A program made the position numbers and the translations under genes. Positions 1-10,082 of a stretch of 64,000 nt of DNA are shown here, in pieces. Every line of letters begins with the position of its first letter. Position 1 is the first letter of the stretch. Source of the DNA: Oligoflexales bacterium (GTDB lineage Bacteria > Bdellovibrionota_B > Oligoflexia > Oligoflexales > RGVZ01); the NCBI GenBank assembly GCA_947445775.1, contig CANFEB010000005.1, positions 36,066 through 100,065 on the forward strand. Reading direction: 5' to 3'. The notes below the pieces were generated by a model. It ran no database searches and was not told the origin of the DNA. It worked only from the letters and a program-made list of their open reading frames with translations.

Positions 1-189
1 GCTTTCGGAATGGGCGATCTTGGCCACCGTTTCCAGCGACTTGAGCATGGTCGTGCTGCGACCAATGATTTCCGGGAAAAGCTGCTGCCAATCCCCGTAC
101 TGAAGTCCCGACCGTCCCTTGCCCCGAAAGAGCATTGACTGGGCACGGGAGGAATCTTCTTCAGAGCGGCGAATCTCAGGGGTATTCAT
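1..189 (-). CDS. Sigma-54-dependent transcriptional regulator (AAA+ enhancer-binding protein), N-terminal part; runs off the window
   Basis: Manual translation from ATG 189: MNTPEIRR...LFPEIIGRSTTMLKSLETVAKIAHSES, the typical IIGxSxxM..VAKxAxS start of a sigma-54 interaction domain; SD GGAGG upstream. Confidence 0.7.
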   Translation of the reverse strand, partial: MNTPEIRRSEEDSSRAQSMLFRGKGRSGLQYGDWQQLFPEIIGRSTTMLKSLETVAKIAHSES

Positions 190-464
190 ACAGTGAAACT
201 GCCTCCGAAAGAGCGTGACGACCCATTCCTGCAGGATCTCATTAGACCCAGCAGACCTTTTCGTGTCAGATGTCTGAACTCCCCCAGGGGAAGGCGAGAC
301 TCTCAAAACCCACTATTGTTCGCGTAAATATAGAATAACAAAATTTGCCTGCCTCGTGCAAACTTCCCCCGGCAAAATCTTCAGCCCCAAGGGTTTGACG
401 GAATTCATCCATGGGCTGGAATAGGGGGGATACTTCGTGATATGACAAGCGAAATCGAGGATTG

Positions 465-1595
465 ATGGTGAAAGTTGCATTTGTACATGACTGGCTGGTG
501 ACTTGCCGCGGCGGCGAAAAGGTGCTTGAGGCCCTGTTGCCGCTGTTTCCCGAGGCGCCGGTGTTCACGCTGTTCTATGACGCCGAAAAAATGCCGGAGT
601 CTATTCAACGCCGCAAAATTTTTTTTCCTGCCGGACTGAATCGCTTGCGACCGATTCGCAAAGCATTGTTGCCATTTTTGCCCGCTGCCATTGAAGCTCT
701 GCCACTGTTTGATTTTGATTTGTTGATCAGCACATCTTCCTGTGTCGCGAAGGGGGCTCTGCCGGGGCCGCTGGCAAGCCACCTCTGCTATATCCATTCC
801 CCCATGCGTTATGTCTGGGATCAACGCAACGAATACCTCGACCGCTTGCCACGGATTCCGCTGTTGCGAACATTGATCAATCGTCTGTCGGCAGATCTGC
901 GTCAGTGGGATGTCGTGTCGGCTAAGCGTGTGGATCAGTTCGTGGCGAATTCCAGGTTCGTTCAACAACGCGTCCGCCGTTTTTATGGGCGTGATGCAGT
1001 GGTTGTTTATCCGCCGGTGGATACCGACCGATTTTTGAACGTGGCGAAGGCCAGGCAGACGGCGACAAATCTTAGCCCGTGCCGGACCGGAGATTATTAT
1101 CTCGTTGCGGGTGCTGCGGTTTCCTACAAACGTTTTGATCTAGCAGTTGATGCCTGCAAGAAACTTGGTAGAAAACTGGTGATTGCCGGAGATGGCCCCG
1201 AGTGGTCGGCGCTGAAGCGTCGCGGCGGGTCTGCCGTGGAGTTGGTTCACCGACCCAATGACGCGACCTGGGAGGCCCTCATGGGCGGTGCCCGGGCTCT
1301 CTTGTTTCCTGGCGTCGAGGATTTCGGTATCACAGGTGTTGAAGCCATGGCGGCCGGTGCACCAGTGATTGCGCAGCGGGCAGGTGGTGCCCTTGATTTT
1401 GTCGAGGAGGGCCGCAGCGGTTTATTTTTCGACCGCCCGGAAGTCGACGACCTTGTGAATGCGATCAAAAGCTTTGAAGAAAATTTTGCGTTGGATCCCC
1501 AGGCTTTGGAAACTCAGGCCCGCAGGTTTTCGACCGCCGCTTTCCAAAATGCGATGAAGCAGGAAATTGACCGCCTGCTGCGAAACCAGCCATGA
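465..1595 (+). CDS. Glycosyltransferase family 4 protein
   Basis: VHDWL..RGGEKVLE, YIHSPMRY and EDFGITGVEAMAAG (ExFG..EA) GT-B motifs. Confidence 0.92.
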   Translation: MVKVAFVHDWLVTCRGGEKVLEALLPLFPEAPVFTLFYDAEKMPESIQRRKIFFPAGLNRLRPIRKALLPFLPAAIEALPLFDFDLLISTSSCVAKGALPGPLASHLCYIHSPMRYVWDQRNEYLDRLPRIPLLRTLINRLSADLRQWDVVSAKRVDQFVANSRFVQQRVRRFYGRDAVVVYPPVDTDRFLNVAKARQTATNLSPCRTGDYYLVAGAAVSYKRFDLAVDACKKLGRKLVIAGDGPEWSALKRRGGSAVELVHRPNDATWEALMGGARALLFPGVEDFGITGVEAMAAGAPVIAQRAGGALDFVEEGRSGLFFDRPEVDDLVNAIKSFEENFALDPQALETQARRFSTAAFQNAMKQEIDRLLRNQP

Positions 1596-2971
1596 ACCAA
1601 AAACAAAAACAACTAGTCCGCATTGTCAGGCTCAGTATCGACATGGCTGCTGTCGTCATGGCTTGGCTGGCTGCGTATCAGGCCCGGTTTGCAATTTTCG
1701 AGACACCTAAAGGCATTCCGCCATTCGGGTTGTACCTGAAACTTGTTCCCTTCATCGTGGTGATCTGGGCGGTGGTCTTTTTTGCTAGTGGCTTTTACCG
1801 CCGCTCCCAAGGCCGGCGCTCGGCATTTGTTGAGGCCTTGGACATCATTCCTTCTTGCGGATTGGCCACGCTTGCCTTGGTGGCGTTCACATATTTTTAC
1901 GAAGAGTATCGTTACTCCCGGATTGTTATGATGGTGTTTGCGGGTCTTCAGCCGCTGTTGCTCATTGCCGGGCGTTCGTTTACCCGGAAGTTGTTTCGGT
2001 GGTACCGCCGCAAAAGCCCAACTCGCAACGTTTTGGTTGTTGCAACCAAGGCTCTTGCCAGCCAAGTGCTGGCGGCAACCGGAGAAATGGATTTGCTCCA
2101 GTCGCGGTGTGTGGGAACTGTGATCTTGGAAGACTCCAGCGCCGGTGTGGTCGTCGGTGCTCCCGACGATTGGCTGGAGCTGGTTGCAAGGCTTGAGGTC
2201 CATGCCATGGTGGTGGCTCTGCCCTATCGCATGCTTGGGGTCATCGAAGATCAATTGGCCGGGATAGCCGACCAGGTTCCCGACATCCGGATCATTCCTG
2301 ATATGAGCCGCTTCACCCGGTTTGCATCTGGCATTGCCCTAGTCGACGGACAGCCCGTGATCAGCATCAACGAATCGCCACTGGCAGGGATGGGTCGCTT
2401 GATCAAGCGCGGCGTGGATATTTGCGGCGCTGTTGTGGGACTGGTTCTGTTTGGGCCGGTTATGGGGTTGATCGCGGTTTTAGTGCGATTGAGCTCACCG
2501 GGGCCAGTTCTTTACCGTCAAGAACGCATGGGCCTTGATGGCAACAGCTTCTGGATCCTGAAGTTTCGTTCCATGCCCGTGGATGCCGAAAAAAAATCTG
2601 GTGCGGTCTGGGCCAAGCCCGCTGACAACCGGGCCACCTGGCTGGGGAGTTTGCTCCGTAGCAGTAGTTTGGATGAGCTTCCGCAGTTTTTGAACGTCCT
2701 GCGTGGGGAGATGAGTCTGGTGGGTCCTCGCCCAGAACGTCCTGTATTTGTTGGTGAATTTAGAATGAAGATTCCCGGCTATATGCTGCGTCACAAGGTC
2801 AAGGCGGGGATCACCGGTTGGGCGCAAGTCAATGGTTGGCGGGGCGACACCAGTTTGGAAAAGCGCATCGAATGTGACCTTTTCTATATCCAGCATTGGT
2901 CGGTCTGGTTGGACCTTAGAATCATTTTTCTCACTGTTTTCAGGGGGTTCCTTAACAAGAACGCCTACTGA
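1592..2971 (+). CDS. Undecaprenyl-phosphate glucose phosphotransferase (WcaJ-like initiating sugar transferase)
   Basis: N-terminal TM helices; [42 protein letters not shown]; overlaps the GT4 stop (ATGA). Confidence 0.93.
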   Translation: MNQKQKQLVRIVRLSIDMAAVVMAWLAAYQARFAIFETPKGIPPFGLYLKLVPFIVVIWAVVFFASGFYRRSQGRRSAFVEALDIIPSCGLATLALVAFTYFYEEYRYSRIVMMVFAGLQPLLLIAGRSFTRKLFRWYRRKSPTRNVLVVATKALASQVLAATGEMDLLQSRCVGTVILEDSSAGVVVGAPDDWLELVARLEVHAMVVALPYRMLGVIEDQLAGIADQVPDIRIIPDMSRFTRFASGIALVDGQPVISINESPLAGMGRLIKRGVDICGAVVGLVLFGPVMGLIAVLVRLSSPGPVLYRQERMGLDGNSFWILKFRSMPVDAEKKSGAVWAKPADNRATWLGSLLRSSSLDELPQFLNVLRGEMSLVGPRPERPVFVGEFRMKIPGYMLRHKVKAGITGWAQVNGWRGDTSLEKRIECDLFYIQHWSVWLDLRIIFLTVFRGFLNKNAY

Positions 2972-3006
2972 CCTCTCTCTCTCTCTCTCTTTCTCTCTTT
3001 CTCTCT
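2972..3006. repeat. (CT)9 microsatellite inside a 35-nt polypyrimidine tract
   Basis: cctctctctctctctctctttctctctttctctct directly after the stop codon. Confidence 0.95.
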
Positions 3007-3045
3007 GCGCTATTTTATCGATTATATAGATTCTATTAAAAACCA

Positions 3046-3074
3046 TTGACACCATTAAAATGATATTATAATGT
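3046..3074 (+). promoter_or_regulatory. Sigma-70-type promoter for the lipoprotein operon
   Basis: TTGACA (3046-3051) then TATAAT (3067-3072, 15-bp spacer) or TAATGT (17-bp spacer) in an AT-rich intergenic region. Confidence 0.6.
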
Positions 3075-3187
3075 ATGCCTATCGTTGGGGACCGGCCTAT
3101 CCACTAGGCCCCCCATGATAGTGGGCGTGATTCGGGCTAGTCGATGTTGTTGCTGTGTTTTCTGTTGCCGTTGTTGTGGGGTTGCCT

Positions 3188-3757
3188 GTGAATAGTTCCC
3201 GTTCCATTTTTCGGACTGCGTGTTTGGCATTTTTCGTTACTGCGTGCGGGATGCCAGTCCAAGACAAAAGCGTGAAAAATTTTATTCTGACTTGCGTGGA
3301 TGCGGACAGCGCCATGCACGATAGTTTTCGCGCATTGGTCCACCAATATAATACCGAAGCAGGCATTGAAGCCCTTCATTATTCTTCGATCGAAGGCGAT
3401 GCCAACAGTCCGATCTACCTGAGCAAAGGGTTAAACCTGCGCGATGGCAAAGTCGGTTGGGGGCAGTGGCTTTCCGAAACAGAAGAACGTCGCCGGTATG
3501 TGCCTCAGCCAGAAGCCATCAGAACAACAAGCTATTCCATGAGGCTTGAGCTGGACGAAGAGTTCGTCAAATTGAAAATAAATTCAATCAAGGACGCAGA
3601 CAAGAACGACATCCGAAAGCTTTTCTATCACGAAGCCGGCCATGGCATGCAGATGCTGCACCATCCAGACCAGAGCAACGTGATGTATTACGACATCACG
3701 GGTGAGAAGAATTTTACGGCTTATTTTGCCGACGTTCGCACTTTTTTCGCAAATTGA
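3188..3757 (+). CDS. Lipoprotein, matrixin/metzincin-like zinc metallopeptidase
   Basis: Lipobox VTAC; HEAGHGMQMLH zinc motif followed by Met-turn SNVMY; start uncertain (ORF from 3155). Confidence 0.72.
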   Translation: MNSSRSIFRTACLAFFVTACGMPVQDKSVKNFILTCVDADSAMHDSFRALVHQYNTEAGIEALHYSSIEGDANSPIYLSKGLNLRDGKVGWGQWLSETEERRRYVPQPEAIRTTSYSMRLELDEEFVKLKINSIKDADKNDIRKLFYHEAGHGMQMLHHPDQSNVMYYDITGEKNFTAYFADVRTFFAN

Positions 3758-3769
3758 GGTTGAACTTTT

Positions 3770-5230
3770 ATGTTGATCCGAACGAATAAAAAGCAGAGTG
3801 CGGCAAGCGCCACCATCATCGCCACCATCGCCACCATCGGCATCGCCGGGACTTTGGCTGCCTGTGGCAAGACCGCTGCCAACTCCCCAGTGGAAACAGG
3901 GCCCGATGCTGAATCGCTGCTACCGTTTTTGCCAAATCAAGTCATGCGCACCATCACCACATCTCGTGGCATGGCCATGCAAATTCTCAATGATCGTAGA
4001 GATGCCATCAATCCAAAAGTTGTGCTGACCTTTCAGGGCAAAGGCACGGCTGTGACCTGGGATATTGGCGTGGTCAAGGCAGCCTACGAACGCATGCCGA
4101 TTCTGCGCGGCGAAGCTAATGCCCAGGGCATGGCGGCCGGCGATGTTGTGGTGACCGGAAACAGCAGCGGGGCATTGCTTGCCGCCTGGTTCAGCTGCCG
4201 GGGGATCACGGCCGAGTCCATCCAAGGCGCTCAGGGCATCAACAGTGGATTTCCCGAATCACTTGTAAAGGAAAATGTTGGCGAAAAGTTTAGGGAGATT
4301 CTTGGGGCCATCAGCGATGGCAAGGAATTTGGCCAGCCGATGGACTTGATCATGCCCCTGGTGGATCAGATTGCCTTAGATGGCGCGTGTGTTCCGAAGC
4401 TACCAACCGTGATTTTGGCATCAAACCAAGATATTAACGATAACCGTCGCTGGCTTTTCACCGATGGGAGAAGTTCGCGTTCTTTTGACATCACCGATTT
4501 TTCCTACTCGCAGCGAAAAAGTTCCCTGACTTTCGATTCACAAAAAGTCGGTAAGATTTGCACCTACTTTGCTGATCCCGTCATGTTCCGTTACTTGACG
4601 GAAAATATGACCCAGGAAGAACGCCTTTGCGACGTCCGCTTGATCGAAAATGGCGACGATATGAAGATGGCTATTTTGGCCAGCATTGCCGAGCCGACGT
4701 ACTTTATTCCAGTCCAAGATCCTGTGGACGCCAAGCTCGTTCGTTTTGATGCCCCGGGCGTTGCGAAGACCCGTCGTGTTTATAACGGTGGATTTTCCAT
4801 GCCGGGCGTAGTCCAGGACGTAAAGCGTTTGTTTCCAGAAGCGCGTGCTATTGGCACCGGCCGCTGGGAATATAGCAATGCCGAGGTTGCGGTCATGTAC
4901 AGCTGGTACGATATCAACCTGAACAATCTTCAGGAGCGGTCGCGCTGGTGGAATGACCTCGAGACTTTTCCAACGGATGCGCAGAAGTCGAGGCTTCTCG
5001 AGCGGCCGGCTGGCCTGTCAGGTGCGGGACTGTCGCGTCGTTACCAGGAAGAAATCAATATGGGTTACCAGCGCGGGATCGCTTGTTTGCAGCCAGGGAA
5101 TGCCTGTTTGCCCGTGCGCAGCACAACATTTGGGCGCGATTCAAATAAGCCTGCTTTCACGAAGCCGGCCGGCCAACCGGGTGGGCTTGAGATCAAAACT
5201 CGTCAGGGGCTCGATCCGTTTTTACAATAG
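3770..5230 (+). CDS. Lipoprotein with divergent patatin-like domain
   Basis: Lipobox LAAC; LTFQGKG..DIGVV, GNSSG nucleophile elbow, ASIAEPTYF, YNGG. Confidence 0.65.
   Translation: MLIRTNKKQSAASATIIATIATIGIAGTLAACGKTAANSPVETGPDAESLLPFLPNQVMRTITTSRGMAMQILNDRRDAINPKVVLTFQGKGTAVTWDIGVVKAAYERMPILRGEANAQGMAAGDVVVTGNSSGALLAAWFSCRGITAESIQGAQGINSGFPESLVKENVGEKFREILGAISDGKEFGQPMDLIMPLVDQIALDGACVPKLPTVILASNQDINDNRRWLFTDGRSSRSFDITDFSYSQRKSSLTFDSQKVGKICTYFADPVMFRYLTENMTQEERLCDVRLIENGDDMKMAILASIAEPTYFIPVQDPVDAKLVRFDAPGVAKTRRVYNGGFSMPGVVQDVKRLFPEARAIGTGRWEYSNAEVAVMYSWYDINLNNLQERSRWWNDLETFPTDAQKSRLLERPAGLSGAGLSRRYQEEINMGYQRGIACLQPGNACLPVRSTTFGRDSNKPAFTKPAGQPGGLEIKTRQGLDPFLQ
3809..3847 (+). repeat. Short tandem repeat (gccaccatc)n in a signal peptide
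   Basis: Encodes ATI-I-ATI-ATI-GIA. Confidence 0.8.
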
Positions 5231-6505
5231 CGGGCAATAGCGGTTTTCGAACCTCTGCTCCAGATCCAGGCATGGACTGGCGCGAAGCTGGGGCGGGCCG
5301 AAAGGCGAAGTCGCTTCGTAGGTGAAGCACCAGCCCGCTGAACGCTGAACCATGAAAACGCTGTGATCGGCGGCAGTCAGAATGCAGCCCGAGCGGACAG
5401 CTCCATTTGGTTCTGACTTCAAACCGTGGGCTTCCAGCATTTTTCCCCAGCAAGCCACGCACATTCCGTCAATAAAAACTCCAGAATCAAATGGTCGGTT
5501 CGCGTTCGGATCTTCTGGCGTGCAGGTGTCAATCCAGAGTTTGACCTTGCCGCACTCGGTGGCCGTGCAGTCCTCATGCTTCATATTGATGATGATTCCG
5601 CCCGGCTGAAGATCGACTTTGGCCAAGGGTTTTTCCCGATTGGCGGCCAGAAATTCTGCGGCCTCCTTGCCGCAGCGCGGCTCATCGGCAAGGCGTGCAA
5701 ACGTGACGGATTCCAGTTTCAAATCAGAAAGAAGTTCGCCGGCGGCCGCCTGGGCTGTGCCATGGCAATTCGGCATCCCAAAGGTAGTCCTAGCCGCAGA
5801 CTGGCTGCGCGTTAGATCAATGACGAACGGGTCATTCCACGCCAAGTTAATATTTTTTGGATCCTTGACCTTATGAATGCGTTGGACGCCTTCATGACAA
5901 ACGGGTGTCGCGACGCGCTTTTTGGCCTGATAACCGCTGCCACCTGGTGGGCAAGTCTCGCGAATGAAACAACCAGACTCGGTCATTCGAACTAAATCAG
6001 TGCAGTCGGGCGCCATCATTTCTGAGACGGCATCTGCAATCTTTTTTCTCACCCCAGAGGCATCGTCTGATGAGGAACACCAGTGGGTCATTCGTTCACT
6101 GTAATGGACAACCAAGGCGTTGGTCAGGCTTTCGAGGCACAAAACGTTTTTGGCACCGCCGGCGGCGAAATCATCGGGCCAGTTTTGAACAATCCGGTTT
6201 TCAACGAGTTGATGCCAGCGGGTCGAGGTGACAGGATCCGCGATGCATTTCGATAAAATCGCGTTGGCGTCGGTAACTTCTTCGCGGCTTGCACCGTAGG
6301 TGTTGTTGTTGCAGGCCCGCTGAAGTGCTTCAGAGGTTTCCATGGTCCAGAGTTGCGCGGCATTGTTGCGGGGTGCAGTTGTTTGGCAGCCCTGTAAAAG
6401 GGCTGCCCCAAGCGCAACCAAAAGGGCTGCCCCAAGTGCAACTATAAAGTCTGCGCTTGGGGCATTTGGGCCGGTCAAAAAAAATCGTGGGTCAGTACGT
6501 TGCAT
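5222..6505 (-). CDS. Cys-rich hypothetical lipoprotein
   Basis: Long ORF with lipobox LQGC; start overlaps the ald 3' end; many Cys. Confidence 0.7.
   Translation of the reverse strand: MQRTDPRFFLTGPNAPSADFIVALGAALLVALGAALLQGCQTTAPRNNAAQLWTMETSEALQRACNNNTYGASREEVTDANAILSKCIADPVTSTRWHQLVENRIVQNWPDDFAAGGAKNVLCLESLTNALVVHYSERMTHWCSSSDDASGVRKKIADAVSEMMAPDCTDLVRMTESGCFIRETCPPGGSGYQAKKRVATPVCHEGVQRIHKVKDPKNINLAWNDPFVIDLTRSQSAARTTFGMPNCHGTAQAAAGELLSDLKLESVTFARLADEPRCGKEAAEFLAANREKPLAKVDLQPGGIIINMKHEDCTATECGKVKLWIDTCTPEDPNANRPFDSGVFIDGMCVACWGKMLEAHGLKSEPNGAVRSGCILTAADHSVFMVQRSAGWCFTYEATSPFGPPQLRASPCLDLEQRFENRYCPLL
6396..6443. repeat. 24-bp tandem duplication in a signal peptide (VALGAALL x2)
   Basis: aaaagggctgccccaagcgcaacc / aaaagggctgccccaagtgcaact. 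Confidence 0.9.
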
Positions 6506-7592
6506 GGGGAATATTGAGGGCATCGGCAACGGCCTTGTGGGTCAACTTGCCATTAAAGCTGTTGAGCCCCTTACGCAATGCCTCTGATTCATCAAGGGCA
6601 CGGGCCAATCCTTTGTTGACGAGCTCCAGGGCGTACTTGATGGTGACGTTGGTCAGTGCGTAGGTCGAAGTCTTTGGCACATCACCGGGAATGTTGGTGA
6701 CGCCGTAGTGAAGAATGCCTTCTTCAATGAAGACAGGGTCATCGTGCGTGGTGGCACGGATGGTCTCGACGCAACCGCCTTGGTCGATGGCAACATCCAC
6801 GACGACAGAATCCGGCTCCATGGTGCGGACTATTTCGCGGCTGACCAGGCACGGAGCCTTGGCGCCGGTGATAAGCACCGCCCCGACCAATAGGTCTGCC
6901 TCACGGACTGCTTTGGAAATGTTTTCCGGATTCGACATCAATGTCTGGATGTTGTTTCCAAAAATATCGTCCAAGTAAGCCAACCGCGCTGGATTTACAT
7001 CCAAGATGGTGACTTGCGCGCCAAGGCCAATGGCCATCTTGGCCGAGTTAATGCCGACAACCCCGCCGCCAATGATGGCCACGCGACCGCGGGCTACACC
7101 CGGAACCCCACCAAGTAAAACGCCTTTGCCGCCATTATGTTTTTGCAAACACTGGGCGCCGACTTGCACGGCCATGCGTCCGGCAACTTCACTCATGGGT
7201 GTGAGCAGTGGTAGGGATCCATTGGCGAGTTCGATGGTTTCATAGGCAATCGCAGTAACTTTACGGTCGAGCAATGCTTTGGCAAGTTCAGGAACTGCGG
7301 CAAGATGTAGGTAGGTGTACAAAATTTGGCCGGCACGCATCCGGGAATATTCTTCCGGGATCGGCTCCTTCACCTTCATGATCATCTCGGCATCATCCCA
7401 AACCTGCTTCGCCGAGTTTATGATGGTGGCTCCCGCAGCAACGTAGCGCGAGTCAGGAATGCCTGCGCCAATTCCTGCACCTTTTTCGATGATGACTTTG
7501 TGACCGCTAGCAACAAGGGCTTCAACACCACCTGGAACAACAGCAACACGATTTTCGCGGTTCTTAATTTCCTTGGGAATACCGATCAGCAT
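6492..7592 (-). CDS. ald: Alanine dehydrogenase
   Basis: [48 protein letters not shown]. Confidence 0.97.
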   Translation of the reverse strand: MLIGIPKEIKNRENRVAVVPGGVEALVASGHKVIIEKGAGIGAGIPDSRYVAAGATIINSAKQVWDDAEMIMKVKEPIPEEYSRMRAGQILYTYLHLAAVPELAKALLDRKVTAIAYETIELANGSLPLLTPMSEVAGRMAVQVGAQCLQKHNGGKGVLLGGVPGVARGRVAIIGGGVVGINSAKMAIGLGAQVTILDVNPARLAYLDDIFGNNIQTLMSNPENISKAVREADLLVGAVLITGAKAPCLVSREIVRTMEPDSVVVDVAIDQGGCVETIRATTHDDPVFIEEGILHYGVTNIPGDVPKTSTYALTNVTIKYALELVNKGLARALDESEALRKGLNSFNGKLTHKAVADALNIPHATY

Positions 7593-7625
7593 TTTTAGTC
7601 CTTTATGACTGGTCCGATTGGCGAA

Positions 7626-8426
7626 CTATAGCACCAGAGGGCATACGACGCTAAGGCCATCAAATGCCAGCTGGATATTTGTGGGTAATGACTCGCTTAT
7701 TGCGTGATAATCAATTTCATGGCCAAGATGCGTTATAACCCCCTGTTTTGCTTTAATTTTTTCGATAATGGCCACAGTCTCTGGGATGCTGCTATGGGTC
7801 GGGTGGGATTCCATCTTCAGACCGCTGGCGACGATTGTATGGACTTGGCCCTTCCACCTTTCCAGCAATTCTTCTGGCAGGCTTTTGAAATCCGTTGCGT
7901 AAACAAATGGCCCGACCTTGAAAACGCTGGTGGTCGCGTCGCCATGGTGAGCAGACGCCATCTCAACGTCAACTCCGAAAATGTTAAAAGCCAATCCGGG
8001 TATGATTTCGTGAAGGATCACCTTTGGTTTGGTTCCGTGATAGGCCGTGTTCTGGAAAGCATAGGAAAAGCGGGTTTGCAAATCGTCCAGATGTTGGCGG
8101 GCGGCGTGAATGAAAATGGGAACGTCGCTTTGGAAGAAAAAGGCCCGCAAGTCATCAAATCCGTGGCAATGATCGGAGTGCGTGTGGGTGTAGATGACGT
8201 GTTCGATGTTGCGCACGCCCTCGCGGATCATCTGCAGGCGAAATTCTGTCGCCGTGTCGAAAATAACATGCTGGCCCTCAGGAAAAGTGAGCATGATTGA
8301 AGATCGAGTCCGCTGATTTTTTGGGTCATTCGAAGTGCAAACGGCACAGGAGCAAGCAATCACCGGACATCCCGGCGAACTTCCGCAGCCAAGGATCGTA
8401 ATCTTAATGTTTTGCTGACGGTGCAT
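7626..8426 (-). CDS. MBL-fold metallo-hydrolase (PhnP/YycJ-like)
   Basis: ILGCGSSPGCP..CSCAVC, THTHSDH motif, THLGH. Confidence 0.9.
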   Translation of the reverse strand: MHRQQNIKITILGCGSSPGCPVIACSCAVCTSNDPKNQRTRSSIMLTFPEGQHVIFDTATEFRLQMIREGVRNIEHVIYTHTHSDHCHGFDDLRAFFFQSDVPIFIHAARQHLDDLQTRFSYAFQNTAYHGTKPKVILHEIIPGLAFNIFGVDVEMASAHHGDATTSVFKVGPFVYATDFKSLPEELLERWKGQVHTIVASGLKMESHPTHSSIPETVAIIEKIKAKQGVITHLGHEIDYHAISESLPTNIQLAFDGLSVVCPLVL

Positions 8427-10008
8427 GGCCGGAGGCTTTCTTCCGAGGTTTGGCGTTATCCGCGAGAGTTTCCTTGAAATATGAATCGAGAATGCGCTTT
8501 CCCGCAGACTTGGATCGCGCAGCGCTCTGGGCATAAAGGCGCATTTTTTCTAGTTTGAAAAATGATTCGTTGCGCCGGAATTCGTACCTCCTCCAAAAGG
8601 AATCCAAGTCCACCGGAACAGCGCCGGTGAAGAGCGTATTGTTCATTCCAAAAGCGTCGTCATGCCGATTGGAGGACGAACTTGTCATGCTTTTAAAAAG
8701 GTTTTCACGGCAGCCATATTCGATTGCAAACTCCACGTCGCGTTGTTTGGCCTTAGGATGTCCGCGAAGAAAAGCAGCAATCATCGCATCCCGGTCACGG
8801 CCAGAGGCAGCTGCCTGATCGCATTCCCGGATGCAGGTTTCCACAACAGCCCTGGCTAACACTGTTTCCGGGAATTGCATTTCAACCATGAAGCGCAGGG
8901 TATGGTAGTCCCGTGGGTGATAAACCAAGGTCGCAACCGCCGGACGTCCATCGCGGCCCGCTCGCCCTGTTTCCTGCAAATACTGCTCAAGATTTTGCGG
9001 CAGGCCCGCATGAATCACCGTCCGGATGTCGTGCTTGTCAATGCCCATGCCAAAGGCGCTGGTGGCCACCATGCACGGAATTTTTCCACTGAGAAAATCA
9101 TCCTGCTCCCGGGACCGTAGCGCACTGTCGAGGCCACCGTGGTACAGCGCCGCACGAATTTTTTTTCGGGAGATATCTGCGTGAATGGTTTCGGCCGACT
9201 TTCGTGTGGCCGCATAGATGATCGTGGCTCCGGATTTTTCCAAAATTGAATCCACTGCGAGTTCGATCACAATTTTTGATTGATCTTTGAATGTGCCGGG
9301 CTGGATCACATTGAGCGAGATATTTTCGCGGGCAAAATCGGCGATGAACATCTGCGGATTGCGTAGCCCCAAATTAGTGATCATGTCGGACCTGATTCCT
9401 GGCGAAGCCGTCGCGGTCAGGGCCATGCGTATGGCAGCAGGGAAGGACTGTAGAAATAATCCAATGTTGCGGTACTCGGGCCGGAAGTTGAAGCCCCACT
9501 GGCTGGAGCAGTGGGCTTCGTCCACTGCCACCAGGAAAACATCACGGCTCGCGGCCAGACGGTCCCGGAAATTGGCGTTGGCAAGCCGCTCGGGGGATAT
9601 GAACAGCAGGGCAGCCTTGCCGGAGTCGATATTTTGCCATTGCGCGGTCCGGTCTTCCTGGGACTGGGTGCGGTCAAACAGCGCGCATTCCAGGCCCCGG
9701 CTCTGCAGGCGCGTTGCCTGGTCACGCATCAATGCAATCAAGGGCGATACCACCAGCACGAGGCGGCGGGCAGAGGGAGGTAGCAGCATTTCAGAGGCTG
9801 CCGGCAAGGCAAAACAAAGGGTTTTGCCACTCCCCGTGGGGGAGACCGCCAGGCAGTCTTGGCTGGAATCTATGGCATCAAGCACCTGGAGCTGAAAGTC
9901 ACGGAGTTTTTCCAAGCCAAAAACAGAACGCGCAGTTTGCGAGCGGGTGATGGCTTTTGTTGTGTCTAAAGGTCTTGCCGTCAGTGTTTGGATCGGATTT
10001 TGAATCAT
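8404..10008 (-). CDS. recQ: RecQ-family ATP-dependent DNA helicase
   Basis: PTGSGKT, SPLIALM, VDEAHC.SQWG..FRP, ALTATA, AFGMGIDK, QETGRAGRDG; no obvious HRDC domain. Confidence 0.9.
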   Translation of the reverse strand: MIQNPIQTLTARPLDTTKAITRSQTARSVFGLEKLRDFQLQVLDAIDSSQDCLAVSPTGSGKTLCFALPAASEMLLPPSARRLVLVVSPLIALMRDQATRLQSRGLECALFDRTQSQEDRTAQWQNIDSGKAALLFISPERLANANFRDRLAASRDVFLVAVDEAHCSSQWGFNFRPEYRNIGLFLQSFPAAIRMALTATASPGIRSDMITNLGLRNPQMFIADFARENISLNVIQPGTFKDQSKIVIELAVDSILEKSGATIIYAATRKSAETIHADISRKKIRAALYHGGLDSALRSREQDDFLSGKIPCMVATSAFGMGIDKHDIRTVIHAGLPQNLEQYLQETGRAGRDGRPAVATLVYHPRDYHTLRFMVEMQFPETVLARAVVETCIRECDQAAASGRDRDAMIAAFLRGHPKAKQRDVEFAIEYGCRENLFKSMTSSSSNRHDDAFGMNNTLFTGAVPVDLDSFWRRYEFRRNESFFKLEKMRLYAQSAARSKSAGKRILDSYFKETLADNAKPRKKASGHAPSAKH

Positions 10009-10082
10009 CCATCCGTTTTACGTGAATTGACGGTCGCCGGGGAAGGGATATCTTGGCTATAATTGAGGATATGATATTGCCT

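Noticed and set aside
619-626. T8 run in the GT4 gene
   Set aside because: Short and in frame; not distinguishable from background.
3067-3078. TATAATGTATGC resembles part of loxP/dif
   Set aside because: No flanking inverted arms; explained by the promoter -10 region.
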